Below are positions 13,950 through 27,053 of a stretch of 64,000 nucleotides of DNA, one piece after another. This DNA comes from Octopus vulgaris (taxonomy: Eukaryota), in NCBI GenBank assembly GCA_951406725.2, contig OX597824.1, forward strand, positions 34,844,001 through 34,908,000. The letters run 5' to 3'. Under the pieces are notes generated by a model. That model worked only from the letters and a program-made list of their open reading frames with translations, did not search any database and was not told the DNA's origin. The stretch's first letter is position 1; each line of letters starts with the position of its first letter. The position numbers and the translations under genes were made by a program.

Positions 13950-16080
13950 CATTATTAAGCTCAGGTTAGTCTTGCAGAATAGTATAGCTACAATTATACC
14001 TGCCTATGCCCCACAAGTGAGCTTGTGAAATGAACAGAAGGACCACTTTTATGATATTCTTCTGCAGGCTACCTTCAAGACATGTGACAATGATCTCCTC
14101 TTCATGGCTGGGTATTTCAATGGGTATGTTGGGCAGCAGCCTGGTATCTACCATGGTGTACATGGGGGCAATGGAATCAGTTCCCAAAACGAAGAGAGAA
14201 CAAGACTACTGGAGTCCTGTGATGTGAATAACCTTTGGATCTGCAACACCAACTTCAAGAAGCCAGCTACCCACCGGATAACCTATCAATCAGGTGACTC
14301 TGCTAGCCAAGTCGATTTCATTTTCACCAGGCAGCAGGATGCATGATTGCTCTCAAATGTAAATACCCTCCTTAGTGAAGAATGTACTCCCCAGCACAAG
14401 CTAGTCATTAGCGGCTTTAGATTCCAGGCCAGAAGGAAGACAAGATGCAGCCCAATCTGTAAAAGAAGGATTTGGAAGCTTAAGGACCCTTCAAATGGTC
14501 AGAGATTTAAGGACATCCTAATTGAGAAATTTGATGAGAGGGAGGAGCAGCTACAAAATTGTGATATAGAGGGCAACTGGGAATTCATGCAGGATAGCTT
14601 GCCGAGTGCCACAGACCAAATCTGTGGCTGATGCAAAGTCCCTTCCAGACCTAGGGTAACGTGGTGGTGGAACAATACTATAGACTGGGCCATTAGAGCA
14701 AAGAAACAGGCCTGGAAGAGTGGGGGCAGCAGGGAACTGTATCAGATAGCCAGAAGGGAATCTAGGAGATAGGTATATCTAGCCAAAGGAGAAGCAGAAA
14801 AGAAGTTTGCCTTTATTCAGCACCGTGAGGACCAATGAGCTGAAGTATTTTGGATTGCACGACAGTGTGTGAGAGAAAATTGTGATGTCATAGGTGAGAA
14901 ATGTATCTGTATGGATGATGGTGCACTTGTTTTTAATGAGTCTGTGAGGAAAAAGGCTTGGAGATGTCATTATGAAAGACTGCTGAATGTTGAATGTGGA
15001 GAATGAATAGGAGGAGAGTCTGCCAAATATTGACCCAACAGAGGGACCAGTTATTCGAATTGACAGTACCCTGGTAGATAAAACAATTAAGGATATGAAG
15101 ACAGAAAAAAACCCCAGCCCATCAGGAATCACTACTGTGGTGCTTAAAATATCCGGCAGTGTAAGTTATGGTCTAGTCATCCGTATTATAAATCAGGTAG
15201 TTCATGAAGGAGTTATACCCAATGACTGGTGTAGCAGCACCATAGTCAACTGCTACAAAAGTAAAAGGCAGAGTGCTCAGTAATCAGTCCCTTCCTACCA
15301 TCATAGTCCTGCACACAATAACTGAGGAGTACATGATCACTTGTCTGTGAGAAGTTGAAGACCTCATTTTCATAACTGAACATGTTGCAGAATTAGAAAA
15401 GAAATTGCAGATGGGGAAGAGAAACCTGAAATTGAAGGGCTTAAAATTTAACTTATCAAAGATCAAAGTTCTAGTCAGCAGGAAAACAGACAGAACACTA
15501 CTCCCACCAGAAAAACGGCCCTGCTCAATATGTAGAAAAGGCATGAGTAGAAATTCTGTATGATATACTCAGTGTAAGGTATGTACAAACGAGTGGAGCA
15601 GATGAATCACAGCAAAGTTAACAGAGAAAGTAGACTTTGTGTGTGACAAATGTCCAGGAGCTGCAAAAAGTCAGAATAGACAGGAAATAGATTTACTTAA
15701 ATATCTAAGATTATCCTTAGAGACAATAGTTTCTGTTACCTAGGAGACCTAATAAGCAGTGGAGAATGATCTGAAAGTATAGCTGCTAAAGTAAAGAGAA
15801 GCTGGAGACAATTCAAGAGGTTATTAACTCAGTGATTCTGTATAAACAGCAATATTAGATTATTGTTTCAGGGCCCTGAAAGTAGAGGGTATATGAAGAC
15901 TGGAAAGAAATGAAACAAGTATATTCCATTGAATGTGTCACATCAGTGTGCATAAGGGACACAAAATATGTTGAGAAAATAAAAGAACAAAAGAGGAAAA
16001 GAGGAATCAGGTGTAATGCGCAAGAGAAAAGACAATGCTGGTATGATCATGTGATGCAAATAATAATGAAATTATTATAT
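13950..16080 (+). mobile_element. RTE-clade LINE, decayed and internally deleted
   Basis: AYAPQ, LWICNTNFKKPATHRITYQSG..SQVDFIF, EECTPQHKLV, TWWWN, PSPSGI..IPNDW; many stops. Confidence 0.92.
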
Positions 16081-16387
16081 ACAGTGCTCAGGTGCACCAC
16101 AACTTGTCAAAAGTGCATATAAAGCATATGCAGTAATGTACAAATGTCTGGGAAGTGAACAGTGTATGAGTCAAATACATGCTTGCGTGTGTATGGAGGG
16201 GAGAAAACCAGGTGTAGTGTTGGGGAATCTCAGAAAGCATGGAAGTTTTGAAGGATGCAGTGCTCCAACAACTAACAACTGATGCCGGCAGTTTGTTCCA
16301 TGCTTCAGCAACTCCTAGCGTGAAAAAATGTTTCCGAAAGTCATGGGAGCTGTGCTGTTTTCTGACTTTGTAAACATGTCCATGGAT
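16080..16387 (-). mobile_element. CR1-like LINE 3' end
   Basis: Closely similar to about 31100-31407; encodes VYKVRKQHSSHDFRKHFFTLGVAEAWNKL. Confidence 0.8.
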
Positions 16388-17892
16388 GGATGAGAGCAGT
16401 TGTATAAGGAAGTGTGAATCACTAGTGGAACAGGCTGACCCTTGAAGTAGTATAAAGTAGGGAAGGCCAATCTCATGATGTTGACCCCTCTGAAGAAGTT
16501 AACAAAAGATCATATTGAATAGTGCTTTGCTATGCTCAAGAAGACTTGTTCTTCATGCCAAAACTGTCTTCCTAAAAGCCCCTGCACCCAATCTGTCTCC
16601 ATAAAGTTCCCCAGACCTCATTTTTCTATCACCCATCTCTTCATCACTCTTCTAACTACGGAACCATTCAGTTGTAATCATATGACAGCAAAGCCACACA
16701 TATTTCATCCCCTTTTGTGCAATTAGTTATCCCTCTTTCCTAGAACCACTTCCCTTTAAGATACATCCCTTCCCACTTTATTTTTACCCTTTCTGTTCCA
16801 CTATTTATCTCTCTCTCTCTCTCTTCACCTTGAGCTACCACCTCTTATGACTACCACATCACATTCTTAACACCTTCTCATCCCACTTTTGTTATTCACT
16901 ATATCCAAAATTACATACCATTGAAATCCATTTTTCTCTGTTACTCCATCACCCACCCATCTATACACATTATCTCCCTATTTCTCATTTATCTACAGTT
17001 TTATTATTCTGTTGTTCTCCACCCTTTTCTGCACTGTCATTTGCCACCCACCTTTCTTCCTCAGTCACTCCTGTTACTAATTCCCTTACCCATCAAACTC
17101 ATGTTTACCACTGATTACACTTCCACCTTTATTCACCATTCACTACATTCGCCTGTTACTCTCTCTCATGTTCTTGTGAACTTACCCACCCTCCCTTTCC
17201 AATTCTCTTTTATAGTCACCTTCTTGTACTTTGATCATACAGCCTGACATCTCTATATCACCATCTTTGAGCTACTTTCATCCACCCTTATATGATGTGG
17301 TGTACCCATGTATTTTCTCTACAGGAAGATACCTATGCCTGTTCTATGATATTTTGGCCTCTCAACACCTGGTTTAAAGACACTTCCCTCCCTACTACAC
17401 ATCCACTCAGTCAAGGAAGCTTTTTGTCTTGCAAATTACTTGGTGACCTCACTAGTGCTGGTGCCATGTGAAAAGCACCCTGTACATTCTGTAAAGTGGT
17501 TGGTATTAGGAAGGGCATCCAGCTGTAGAAACCATAGCAAAACAGACAGTAGAGTTTAGTGCAGTTGTTTGAATCATTGGATCCTACTGAACTGACCAAC
17601 CCATCCATGCAGGTATGGAAGGTGGAAGTGAAGTGAGGATTGTTATCAAAGTGTAACAATGTTTCCTTTGTGAAATTATAAATATTTGTCTTAAATAACT
17701 TTAAAGAACAACAATTGTGGCTGTTATTTATTCCATTTCTCCCATCAATTCTAATCCTATAATGTTGCATTAACTCTACTGTTCCACTGTTCTAATTCTG
17801 ATTCTAAGTTGTTCCTATCATTATTCTGTGTTAAATTTTAGAGCCTGCTGTGGATTAGCCAAAGAAATATTTGATTAACATAAATGATAGAT

Positions 17893-18027
17893 GTAGGCAT
17901 GGCTGCATAGTAAGAAGTTTGCTTCCAAACCACATGATTCCAATTTCAGTCTCACTATAGCCCTAGGTCAACCAGTGCCCTCATGAGTGGATTTGGTAAA
18001 CAGAAATTGAAAGAAGCTTGTCATGAA

Positions 18028-18059
<32 letters not shown>

Positions 18060-18185
18060 TTTGTTTGTGTCCCCACACACTACTTGACAACTGGTGTTGG
18101 TTTGTTTATGTCCTTGTAACTTGGCACTTCAGCAAAAGTGACTGATAGAATAAGTACAAGGCTTTAGAAAAAGTCCAATGATTGA
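17893..18185 (+). mobile_element. SINE family A, decayed
   Basis: gtggatttggtaaacagaaattgaaagaagc-(GT)n-gatagaataagtac. Confidence 0.8.
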
Positions 18186-18661
18186 AACAAGGAAAAAATT
18201 AAAGATATTATGGTATTAAGAAATAATTGTTCTTTTCATTATTCCCTATGTCATCAGTGGAAAATATTTATTTTATTCTATGTTAATGACTTATATAGAG
18301 AAAAATATTAATTAAAATAGGAAGCTATTTCTATAGCCCTGTATGGTCATTGTTTCATTTTAATGCCCCACAGCCTGCAAAACATAAAAACATTTCCAAT
18401 CTAGTCTGCATCCCAGACTGTTTACCAACACCTGGTATAAGTCAGCCACTAATGTAGCCAATCAGCCAGTAAGTTGTATACCTTAGTAAAGGTGTAGAAT
18501 GTTGTGGTTTAGTAGTAAGATAGCTGTGATAAATTAGACCTACAGTCAAAGACATTCCAATCATCACCATTCCAATAGTTTTTCAGGCCCAGGGTGCCTA
18601 GGGCCAGACTATTGAATGTATTCTTTTTTATAACAGAATATAATTTAAGTGTATGTGAGAT

Positions 18662-18745
<84 letters not shown>

Positions 18746-19574
18746 CATGCATGCACACTCACACACACACATATGTGTGTGCACATGTCAGCTTCTACCT
18801 ATTTGTAATTTCCTTTTCAATTAACCACTATCACTTTGTGAAATGTATTTGGAGGTTTATATTTCTTCCATCGATGGAATTTATAGTTACTAGTGAGAAT
18901 AACAATAGATTCTCTCCCTCTCTATCGAGATCTATCCTGATCTTTGGAAACATGTTAAAGTGTATCCCATTTCCATAAAAAGTGACCTCTCTGACCCAGC
19001 AAACTAATTTTTGGAGCACACCCACCTATAACATCTCTAACAAAATCAATGCAGCTTTCAGCAACAATATCCTCCAAGATCTTGAACCTCCTTTTTCCTT
19101 AATGACCACTGATATGGTTTCCTGGATTCCGTAAAGCCAGATGCACTAGTAACTTACTTTCCTTTCTCACCCATTACTAATTTGGTTCTTGTCTTGGAGA
19201 AATTTGGTGAATGATGTCAAAATCAATAAAGCTTTTAACTGAGTCTGGCATGTGAATCTTTTCTTTTTTTTTGAAATTTTTCCTTTTATCGTTTCCACTT
19301 GTCTTTTATGTTTTGGCTCAGTAGCTTCCCATTAGATTGCACTATATTGGCATGTGTTGACAGAGCTCCTTCCTTCATGCTATCAATTCAGTTGTGACCC
19401 ACAAACCACTTTTGTCTTTCACTCTTTTCTTTCCTTTTACCAATGACTCATCATTTCTAACAAATTCCCACTCTTACAAAGATCACACTACACTTTCTTC
19501 CTCAACATTCACCAACCAAGCATCATTCAATGATCCTGCTTGCACATAAGTCTGAACAAAGATTGTGTACTCAC

Positions 19575-19721
19575 ATTTGTAACAGTAAAAACTAAGAACC
19601 AAAAGTAGCAGACTGATCACAACACCAATAATAGCAAGGAATACGGTGAATTTAAAAGGGCTGTTAGTTTCTGTTGTTGTAAAACTCATCTTAGCTGTAG
19701 TCACATTTGTTGGTGATGGCA
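19575..19721 (-). CDS. IL-17 receptor-like gene, transmembrane exon (147 nt, phase 1-1)
   Basis: ctacag|TG acceptor and T|gtgagt donor; PSPTNVTTAKMSFTTTETNSPFK-FTVFLAIIGVVISLLLLVLSFY-CYK is a Ser/Thr stalk plus TM helix. Confidence 0.85.
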
Positions 19722-20132
19722 CTGTAGATGATGAACCAAAAACAAAAAAATAAAATACAAGTCAAAGAATGAATTGCAAATAATTTTTTTAAATGTCAAT
19801 TAAACTTAAATAAACAAAAATATTGTTAAATTAGTTCAGTAGAACTTAGCTTCAATTCATTATGCTTAAATTATAACCCAGCACAAAATTTAAGCAAATG
19901 CAGCCATCAATGCTGCAGTTATTTCGATTTTTAAGTGTTTTCTGTTTGTTTCCACAATATAGACGATTCAATATTTTAAAGATGGTGTTGTAATTTCATT
20001 TTTGGATTATTGGTACCAGTTTTTGACGATGCTTTGATGTTTACAGAGGCAAAAATAATAGATTAGGACATATAACTATGCCACAATTCCAAAAGCATTG
20101 TTTTCAATCATTTATTATAAAGTAAGTATCTT

Positions 20133-20254
20133 ATTTTGTTGTGTCTAGGTGGAGTCATCATGCTAATGTAATTAACACACACACTGGTTCAATATCTGAT
20201 TGTTTTGTTTGTTAATTATATTGGCATGATGACTCTCCTTAGACATAACAAAAT
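20133..20254. repeat. Hairpin with about 45-bp arms
   Basis: attttgttgtgtctaggtggagtcatcatgctaatgtaattaaca versus tgttaattatattggcatgatgactctccttagacataacaaaat. Confidence 0.85.
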
Positions 20255-21320
20255 CTGTTTCAACACACGAACTCACATAAAGAATCTTGCAAACCAGATA
20301 GAAAAAGAAAGATCTTATGTTTGAGTGTGAATTGTGAAACCAAGCTGAGCTGGCACAGTTTATGATTTATTGTATACATTACTGTAAACTACTGTTGAAA
20401 TTGCCTTACTCTGACTGAATGTAAAGTCAGGGACTGACCCAGCATGTTCAGCCCTTTATAAGCATTGTTCTTTTATCTCTTACATGTCTAGTGAAAACCA
20501 TTAAAATGTTTTGTGTAATGCACAAAAGTTTTTTAATGTTCTGTACAGACATCCTAGTTTAGTATAGATTTAAGGTAAAAAAAAATATATAAGTGTTGCT
20601 AGTGAGTAGAGGGGGCCTGAATATCTGGTGCTTTCATATTAAATACATAGTTTGAGATGGCATGTAATTATGTGGGAGGAAGTAATTATGAGCTTGTTAA
20701 TGTAAGCTCATTAATGTTAGTAGAGTCCTAAACACCAACTCACTGTTTAGAAATTGAAACCAAAATCACTGTGTTCAGTTGTGGAAATAACTACAAACAA
20801 CAGGACTCTGTCAAGAATTGATGATGTCAATAAGTGACTAGCCATTTAGATCTCTTGTAGAAACATTAAGAACTTCACTGTGTTTAGTCATGGAGAAAAG
20901 AAACTTTCTCGCTGATGACGATGGAAATGGGGTGCTGCAAACAGATCTAGGTGTGTTTACAACATTGTCAACAACGGGAATGTCAACACAATGAATGGCT
21001 TGTTTATTAGTCCAAACATACCATAAACATATTTGAATTGCTAATAACATTGCATTTATACATATCACTGCTTAGCATTCCTACTTCGTAATATTAAGAA
21101 CTTGTTTTTAACAGTATTTAATTGACCTGTGAAATTGAAATAGAACCAACAGATCCTTCGGCCTTTAGAGTCCCAATTGTTGTAAACGTGTTTGGATAAA
21201 CAACATATGGATATCTCATTAATGATTTTAATTTCGGTGCCTTTCATTTGATAGACCATTATATATATATTTCATTTTTGGATTTGGTTTGCAAGATTCT
21301 TTATTTGAGTTTGTGTGTCT

Positions 21321-21567
21321 CTGGGGAGAGTCATTCTCTTTTGGTGCCTTATAATTTAACACACTCACCAGTAAAATTTCCACTTATTTCTTTTTGTAAA
21401 GGAGTAACAGACAGAGTCAATGACTATTGAAAAGGTTGCAAGACAAAACGAAAATTTTAGAAAAATAAAAAAGAAGTGGAAATTTTACCGGTGAGTGTGT
21501 TAAAACACACTCACTGGTAAAATTTCCACTTCTTTATATGGCACCAAAAGAGAATGACTCTCCCCAG
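21321..21567. repeat. Nested inverted repeats
   Basis: Outer arms ctggggagagtcattctcttttggtgcc / ggcaccaaaagagaatgactctccccag; inner aacacactcac..gtaaaatttccactt in +,-,+ order. Confidence 0.9.
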
Positions 21568-21576
21568 GCACAACAG

Positions 21577-21607
<31 letters not shown>

Positions 21608-22145
21608 GCAAACTCAGGCCCCTCCACGTGACCAAGCAGTGGTCCGTCACTTTATTACATTGATTTCACACAATAACAAGCTTTATGAACTTGGTTAGTA
21701 TATACATTTTTATATACTTGTATATGTTATATATTTATATGTGTATATGTCTGGGTATGGGTGTGTCTCATATACATATATGTATTGTAGACTGGTCTGC
21801 ATATTTGAATATTTTGTATGAAATTTCTGTAATAATAAATTCAGTTGAATATCTATGAAACAAAAAAAAAACTTAATTTGGGGCTGAATTTTTAAAAGTA
21901 CAAACAATGTTAATGTGTCTTTTGCTTGCAGTCCACCATGAGGGCCATTTTGGGCTGTTTGTCAAGATTATTACCTTACTTGGAAACAAGTTTGGGTTGT
22001 TTAGAAGAAGAATCTGTCTGGCCATGGGGAAATATTACTTGCTTGGAAATGGGTGATTCTGGGTGACAGGAGGGCATCTGGCTGTAGAAAGTCTGCTTCA
22101 GTAAACTCCATCTAACCCATGCAAACATGGAAAAGTGGATGTTAA

Positions 22146-22365
22146 CCCTTCAGCAGTCAAATTACTCTGAAATATTATGCTCATTTAATCAGGTTGTTTT
22201 GAATTAATCATACATTATTCCTCATAGCTTTGAGATTCTGATGATGAGATCATTATTTTTAGGGTGATGTTGTAGGGTAGGTGTGAGAGGCTCAATCAGA
22301 CCTGTTTGAACAATAAAACAAATAGAATATCTTGGCTGGATATGGCCAGTTTATATGCTAAAGGG
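22146..22365. mobile_element. piggyBac-type MITE
   Basis: TTAA-CCCTT...AAGGG-TTAA termini and target site. Confidence 0.85.
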
Positions 22366-23254
22366 TTAAATGTTGATGAAGTGTGTGTGTTGGTGAGGGT
22401 GGGTGTCAGTTTGTTTGATATACTGAATGTCTGATGTGGGAGTCAAATGACAGGTTGCAAATTGTTAGTAATCTTTGTGGCACTTGAGAAATTAATCTGT
22501 GTTTTGTAAAAGTTTGCGTCCTGACTCTGAGACAGCTGGAAGGGTGGCAATACATTGCGTAAGCAGACACAGAAACTCAGGCAAGCACAAGCATAGGAAA
22601 ACGTGTGCCCAGGCACAACACTTAGTGGCAAATACTTACACACACACACACACACATAGGCACATGCGCACACATAGGCATACACATGCACACTCACAGA
22701 GGTGCGCGCACACACACACAGGCGCACGTGCACATACACACACACACAAATAAGTGTACATATACACACATACATGCATACATACATACATATGCAATGG
22801 GTTTCCTATGGTTTTCCTCTACCAAATTCATTCACAAAGTGTTGGCCAGCCCAGTTACTGTGCAGTAAAACTGAACCCAAAATCATCATGAGATTGCAGA
22901 GCGAACTCTCTTAACCACACAGCCATGCTTTACTTGCACCTTTAGAGAGAAATAGGCTGAATGTAATAATCACTGATTGCAAATATAAAGCAACATGGCC
23001 AAGGGAAAAGTACCCTGTTTGAGTAGCATACTGTATACTGGGTACTATTATGGTAGTTTCATAGGTGAGAGATGTAGGTGTTGACTCTAAACCCCACCCC
23101 CAGGTTTTCACCTTCATCTCTCTCACCCATTTTGCTTCTAACTTAGCTTTCTATTGTGAAATCTGATGACATTTTGAAATGCTTTTTCTGCATGCACCAA
23201 GTTTTGTATTTAGATTGCGGGGAGGAAAAGAAGCTTCAAAAACTCTTTGATAGC

Positions 23255-23292
<38 letters not shown>

Positions 23293-23719
23293 TCATAATA
23301 AAAATAATAAAATAAATCAGCTTTAAGTTAAGGAATCTTGATCTTTTTTTTTGGTTTTTGTTTTATTCAAAAAAGATTTTTTTCCTATAAACTCCTGTTT
23401 GTCAGGGTGGCCACCACCTACCGACACTTTTTATTATATTTGTGTAAATAACCAAGTTAATTTCCTAGCAACTGATCTTAAATGTCTTGCACAGCAGTAA
23501 CGGTGGTGGTGGTCGTCGTCCTTATATTAGTAGACATTAGTAGTAGTTGTAGTAGTAGTCTTAGTGTTAATCTAACAAAACTCCGTATTTCTCTTTGATC
23601 TTAAAATGAAATAAATAAAAAAAATTAAATGCCAGTTCATTTTCTTTATACATTTTTTTTTATGGTTTTTATCATTACTTATATTACCTGGATAAATATA
23701 TCTAACTTTATTATTATTA

Positions 23720-24345
23720 AGGTGGTGAGCTGGTAGAATTGTTAGCAAAGCTGGATAGAATGCATTGTGGCATTTCTGGTTTTGCATTCTGAGTTCAAAT
23801 TCCACTAAGGTTGACTTTGCTTTTCATCCTTTCCAGGGTTGAAAAATTAACTACCAGTTGAGCACTGGGGTCAGTGTAATCAGCTAATGCTCTCCCATCA
23901 AAATTGCTGGCCTTGTTCCAATATGAGAAATGATAATTGATATTAGAATTTTTATTAAGGTAGTCAACTGGCATAATCAGTAGCACATTGTATGAAATAC
24001 ATAGCAGCATTTTGTCCGCCTTTACAATCTGAGTTCAAATTCAACTACAGTTAACTTAGCTTTTTATCATTTCAGGATTGGTGAAATAAGTACCAGTTAA
24101 CCACTAGGGTCAACGCAATCAACTAGCACCCCGCTCCCCCAAAAATTTAACCTTTGTGCCTCTAGTTGAAAGGATTATTATTATTATTATTATTATTATT
24201 AAGGTGGTGATCTGGCAGAATCATTAGCACGCTGGGTGAAATGCTTAGCAGTATTTCGCCTGTTGCTATGTGTTGAGTTCAAATTCCGTCGAGATCGACT
24301 TTGTCTCTCACCCTTTTGGGGTTGATAAATTAAGTACCAATGAAA
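23720..24345 (+). mobile_element. Three successive MetaSINE-like copies (family B)
   Basis: ggtggtgagctggtagaa head, ctgagttcaaattcc B-box and tttcatcctt..gggtt..aagtacc domain recur at about 23720, 23955 and 24202. Confidence 0.85.
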
Positions 24346-24448
24346 CGTTGAAAGCACCGGTTCTCGTCCGATCACCGAAGTTAAGCAACATTGAGCCTAG
24401 TTAGTACCTAGATGGGTGACCGCTTGGGAAACCTAGGTGCTGTAAGCA
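24345..24448 (+). rRNA. 5S rRNA copy, 5'-truncated by about 15 nt (probable pseudogene)
   Basis: acgttgaaagcaccggttctcgtccgatcaccgaagttaagcaac...gttagtac..gatgggtgaccgcttgggaa..ggtgctgtaagc followed by a T-run. Confidence 0.92.
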
Positions 24449-24464
24449 TTCCATTTACTTTTTT

Positions 24465-24648
24465 CCTGTGCAGGTGACATGTAAAAAGCACCCACTACAC
24501 TCGCGGAGTGGTTGGCGTTAGGAAGGGCATCCAGCTGTAGAAACTCTGCCAGATCAGACTGGAGCCTGGTGCAGCCCCTGGCTTCCCAGACACCGGTCGA
24601 ACCATCCAACCCGTGCTAGCGCAGAAAACAGACGTTAAACGATGATGA

Positions 24649-24652
<4 letters not shown>
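24465..24652 (+). mobile_element. RTE-tail SINE or 3' UTR repeat (family C)
   Basis: ggttggcgttaggaagggcatccagctgtagaaac...gacgttaaac(gat)n; other copies near 1630, 17420, 22050, 29100, 31950, 32490, 36300, 40860 and 45205. Confidence 0.85.
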
Positions 24653-24691
<39 letters not shown>

Positions 24692-25444
24692 TATATATGA
24701 CGATGACAAAACTTACTTGGAAATGGATGTATGGCATTCAATCATACAATAATACAAATAATATATATATTCATATATACATATGTATCTGTACATACTT
24801 ACATACATATGCATATGTGGGCACAGGACATCACAGAACGTAAACAACATAAAATACGAAGATATGAAATATGAATACATGGAATATGAACTATTTTTTT
24901 TTTGGCAAACAACGAAAGAAACACAATGAACGACCCTTCATCAGTTGTTGGCTGATCTGTATTTCAAGCAGTTCATGACAAAATATGCCTTTGATAAAAC
25001 AGTTGCTCCTGCAAAGCAAATTTTAAAAAATTTGGGATTTTGCAGAGGGTCAAAATTGGTAACAAAAACAGGACAGTGAAAACAAACAGGAAGGACTGCT
25101 AAGCCTAAACAAGATGAGGTGGCAAATGCAGAGAAGCAAGCTTGGACATCAGACAGATAAGAATGCATCTGATTCATCCAGTTGAATCAGAAGGAAAGAA
25201 AGAAACACAGGTTAGGAAAGAAAGAAAGATGGCCGATGGTCACATGGGAGCTATGAGAGAGCAAAGGAGGAAGAGGTAGTGACAGACAGAGAAAGGCAAA
25301 GGAGAGAGGAAAAAAATTAAAGGAATTCCTCACTCAAAATTTGCTGGCAGGAGCACCAAGACACCAGTCATATCAACAAGTTTGTCAATTGTTCAGCAAC
25401 AGTCCTCCAAAATCAGTTCATGAATCTTCATGATGTTTTAGTTC

Positions 25445-25546
<102 letters not shown>

Positions 25547-25845
25547 AGGCGCAATGGCCTAGTGGTTAGGGCAGCGGACTCGCAGTCGTAGGATTGCGGT
25601 TTCAATTCCCAGACTGGGCGTTGTGAGTGTTTATTGAGCGAAAACACCTAAAACTCCACAAGGCTCCGGCAGGGGTTGTGGCGATCCCTGCTGTACTCTT
25701 TTACCACAACTTTCTCTCACTCTTTCTTCTGTTGGCCTGCTCACTTAGCCAGCGGTGTGGCGTCATTTGAAGGCTAAAACAATGCGAAGCGTATTGTGAC
25801 CAGCGATGTGTAACAACAACTGATAGCCTGGTTGGTCACGGTGAT
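25547..25845 (+). mobile_element. tRNA-derived SINE, family D
   Basis: A-box tggcctagtggtt and B-box ggtttcaattcc; a related head lies on the minus strand near 50240-50365. Confidence 0.8.
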
Positions 25846-26154
25846 ATATATATATATATATATATAAATAATTAATTAATAAGGGTGAGAGAATTAGATA
25901 CTAATTTAATAGTATATTTATTCCACACCAAGTGGCCTAGTGCTACGAGAAACCTGGATTATTATAATATTTTATAACATATTATAATATTTTCACAAAA
26001 TAAATATAAGAGAGTGGTCACTATATTGATCACCCTAGCACCAGTTAATCCAAAAGGTTTCAACCACGAAAAATACATGTTTCCCATGAAAGCCAGTACG
26101 ACTGTTAGCTCACACGGACAGGGCAAATAAAAAATAACAAAAATACAGATTATT

Positions 26155-26230
26155 TTGGGACAATTGTTTCGCTATTAATGAATTAAATGTAATATTACTT
26201 ACAATAATCCATTTGTAGCTCTTCAGCCAA
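26155..26230 (-). ncRNA. Type I hammerhead ribozyme
   Basis: Reverse complement of 26978-27053. Confidence 0.88.
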
Positions 26231-26977
26231 GACTATCTGGATGAAATCCACTCAATCACACGCCAGATTTTACCATAACGATAAATACGCGTGCGGTTCA
26301 ATTGATTACATCGGACGTTATAATTCAAATGCCCCAATCAACAGCGCGCCAAACTCTCACGGAAAACAAATACAGCATTTAGAAATAAATGCAGCATAAT
26401 TATAATTAATTAATAAGGGTGAGAGAATTAGATACTAATTTAATAGTATATTTATTCCACACCAAGTGGCCTAGTGCTACGAGAAACCTGGATTATTATA
26501 ATATTTTATAACATATTATAATATTTTCACAAAATAAATATAAGAGAGTGGTCACTATATTGATCACCCTAGCACCAGTTAATCCAAAAGGTTTCAACCA
26601 CGAAAAATACATGTTTCCCATGAAAGCCAGTGGTGCTAGGGTGATCAATATAGTGACCACTCTCTTATATTTATTTTGTGAAAATATTATAATATGTTAT
26701 AAAATATTATAATAATCCAGGTTTCTCGTAGCACTAGGCCACTTGGTGTGGAATAAATATACTATTAAATTAGTATCTAATTCTCTCACCCTTATTAATT
26801 AATTATAATTATGCTGCATTTATTTCTAAATGCTGTATTTGTTTTCCGTGAGAGTTTGGCGCGCTGTTGGTTGGGGCATTTGAATTATAACGTCCGATGT
26901 AATCAATTGAACCGCACGCGTATTTATCGTTATGGTAAAATCTGGCGTGTGATTGAGTGGATTTCATCCAGATAGTC

Positions 26978-27053
26978 TTGGCTGAAGAGCTACAAATGGA
27001 TTATTGTAAGTAATATTACATTTAATTCATTAATAGCGAAACAATTGTCCCAA
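26978..27053 (+). ncRNA. Type I hammerhead ribozyme
   Basis: ttgg CTGAAGA gcta...tagc GAAAC aatt GTC ccaa; predicted cleavage after C27049. Confidence 0.9.

Noticed and set aside
24930-24975. Possible hammerhead (minus strand GAAA...CTGATGA)
   Set aside because: No convincing stem I; not called.
25547-25620. tRNA gene
   Set aside because: tRNA-like head continues into a SINE body; no intact acceptor stem seen.
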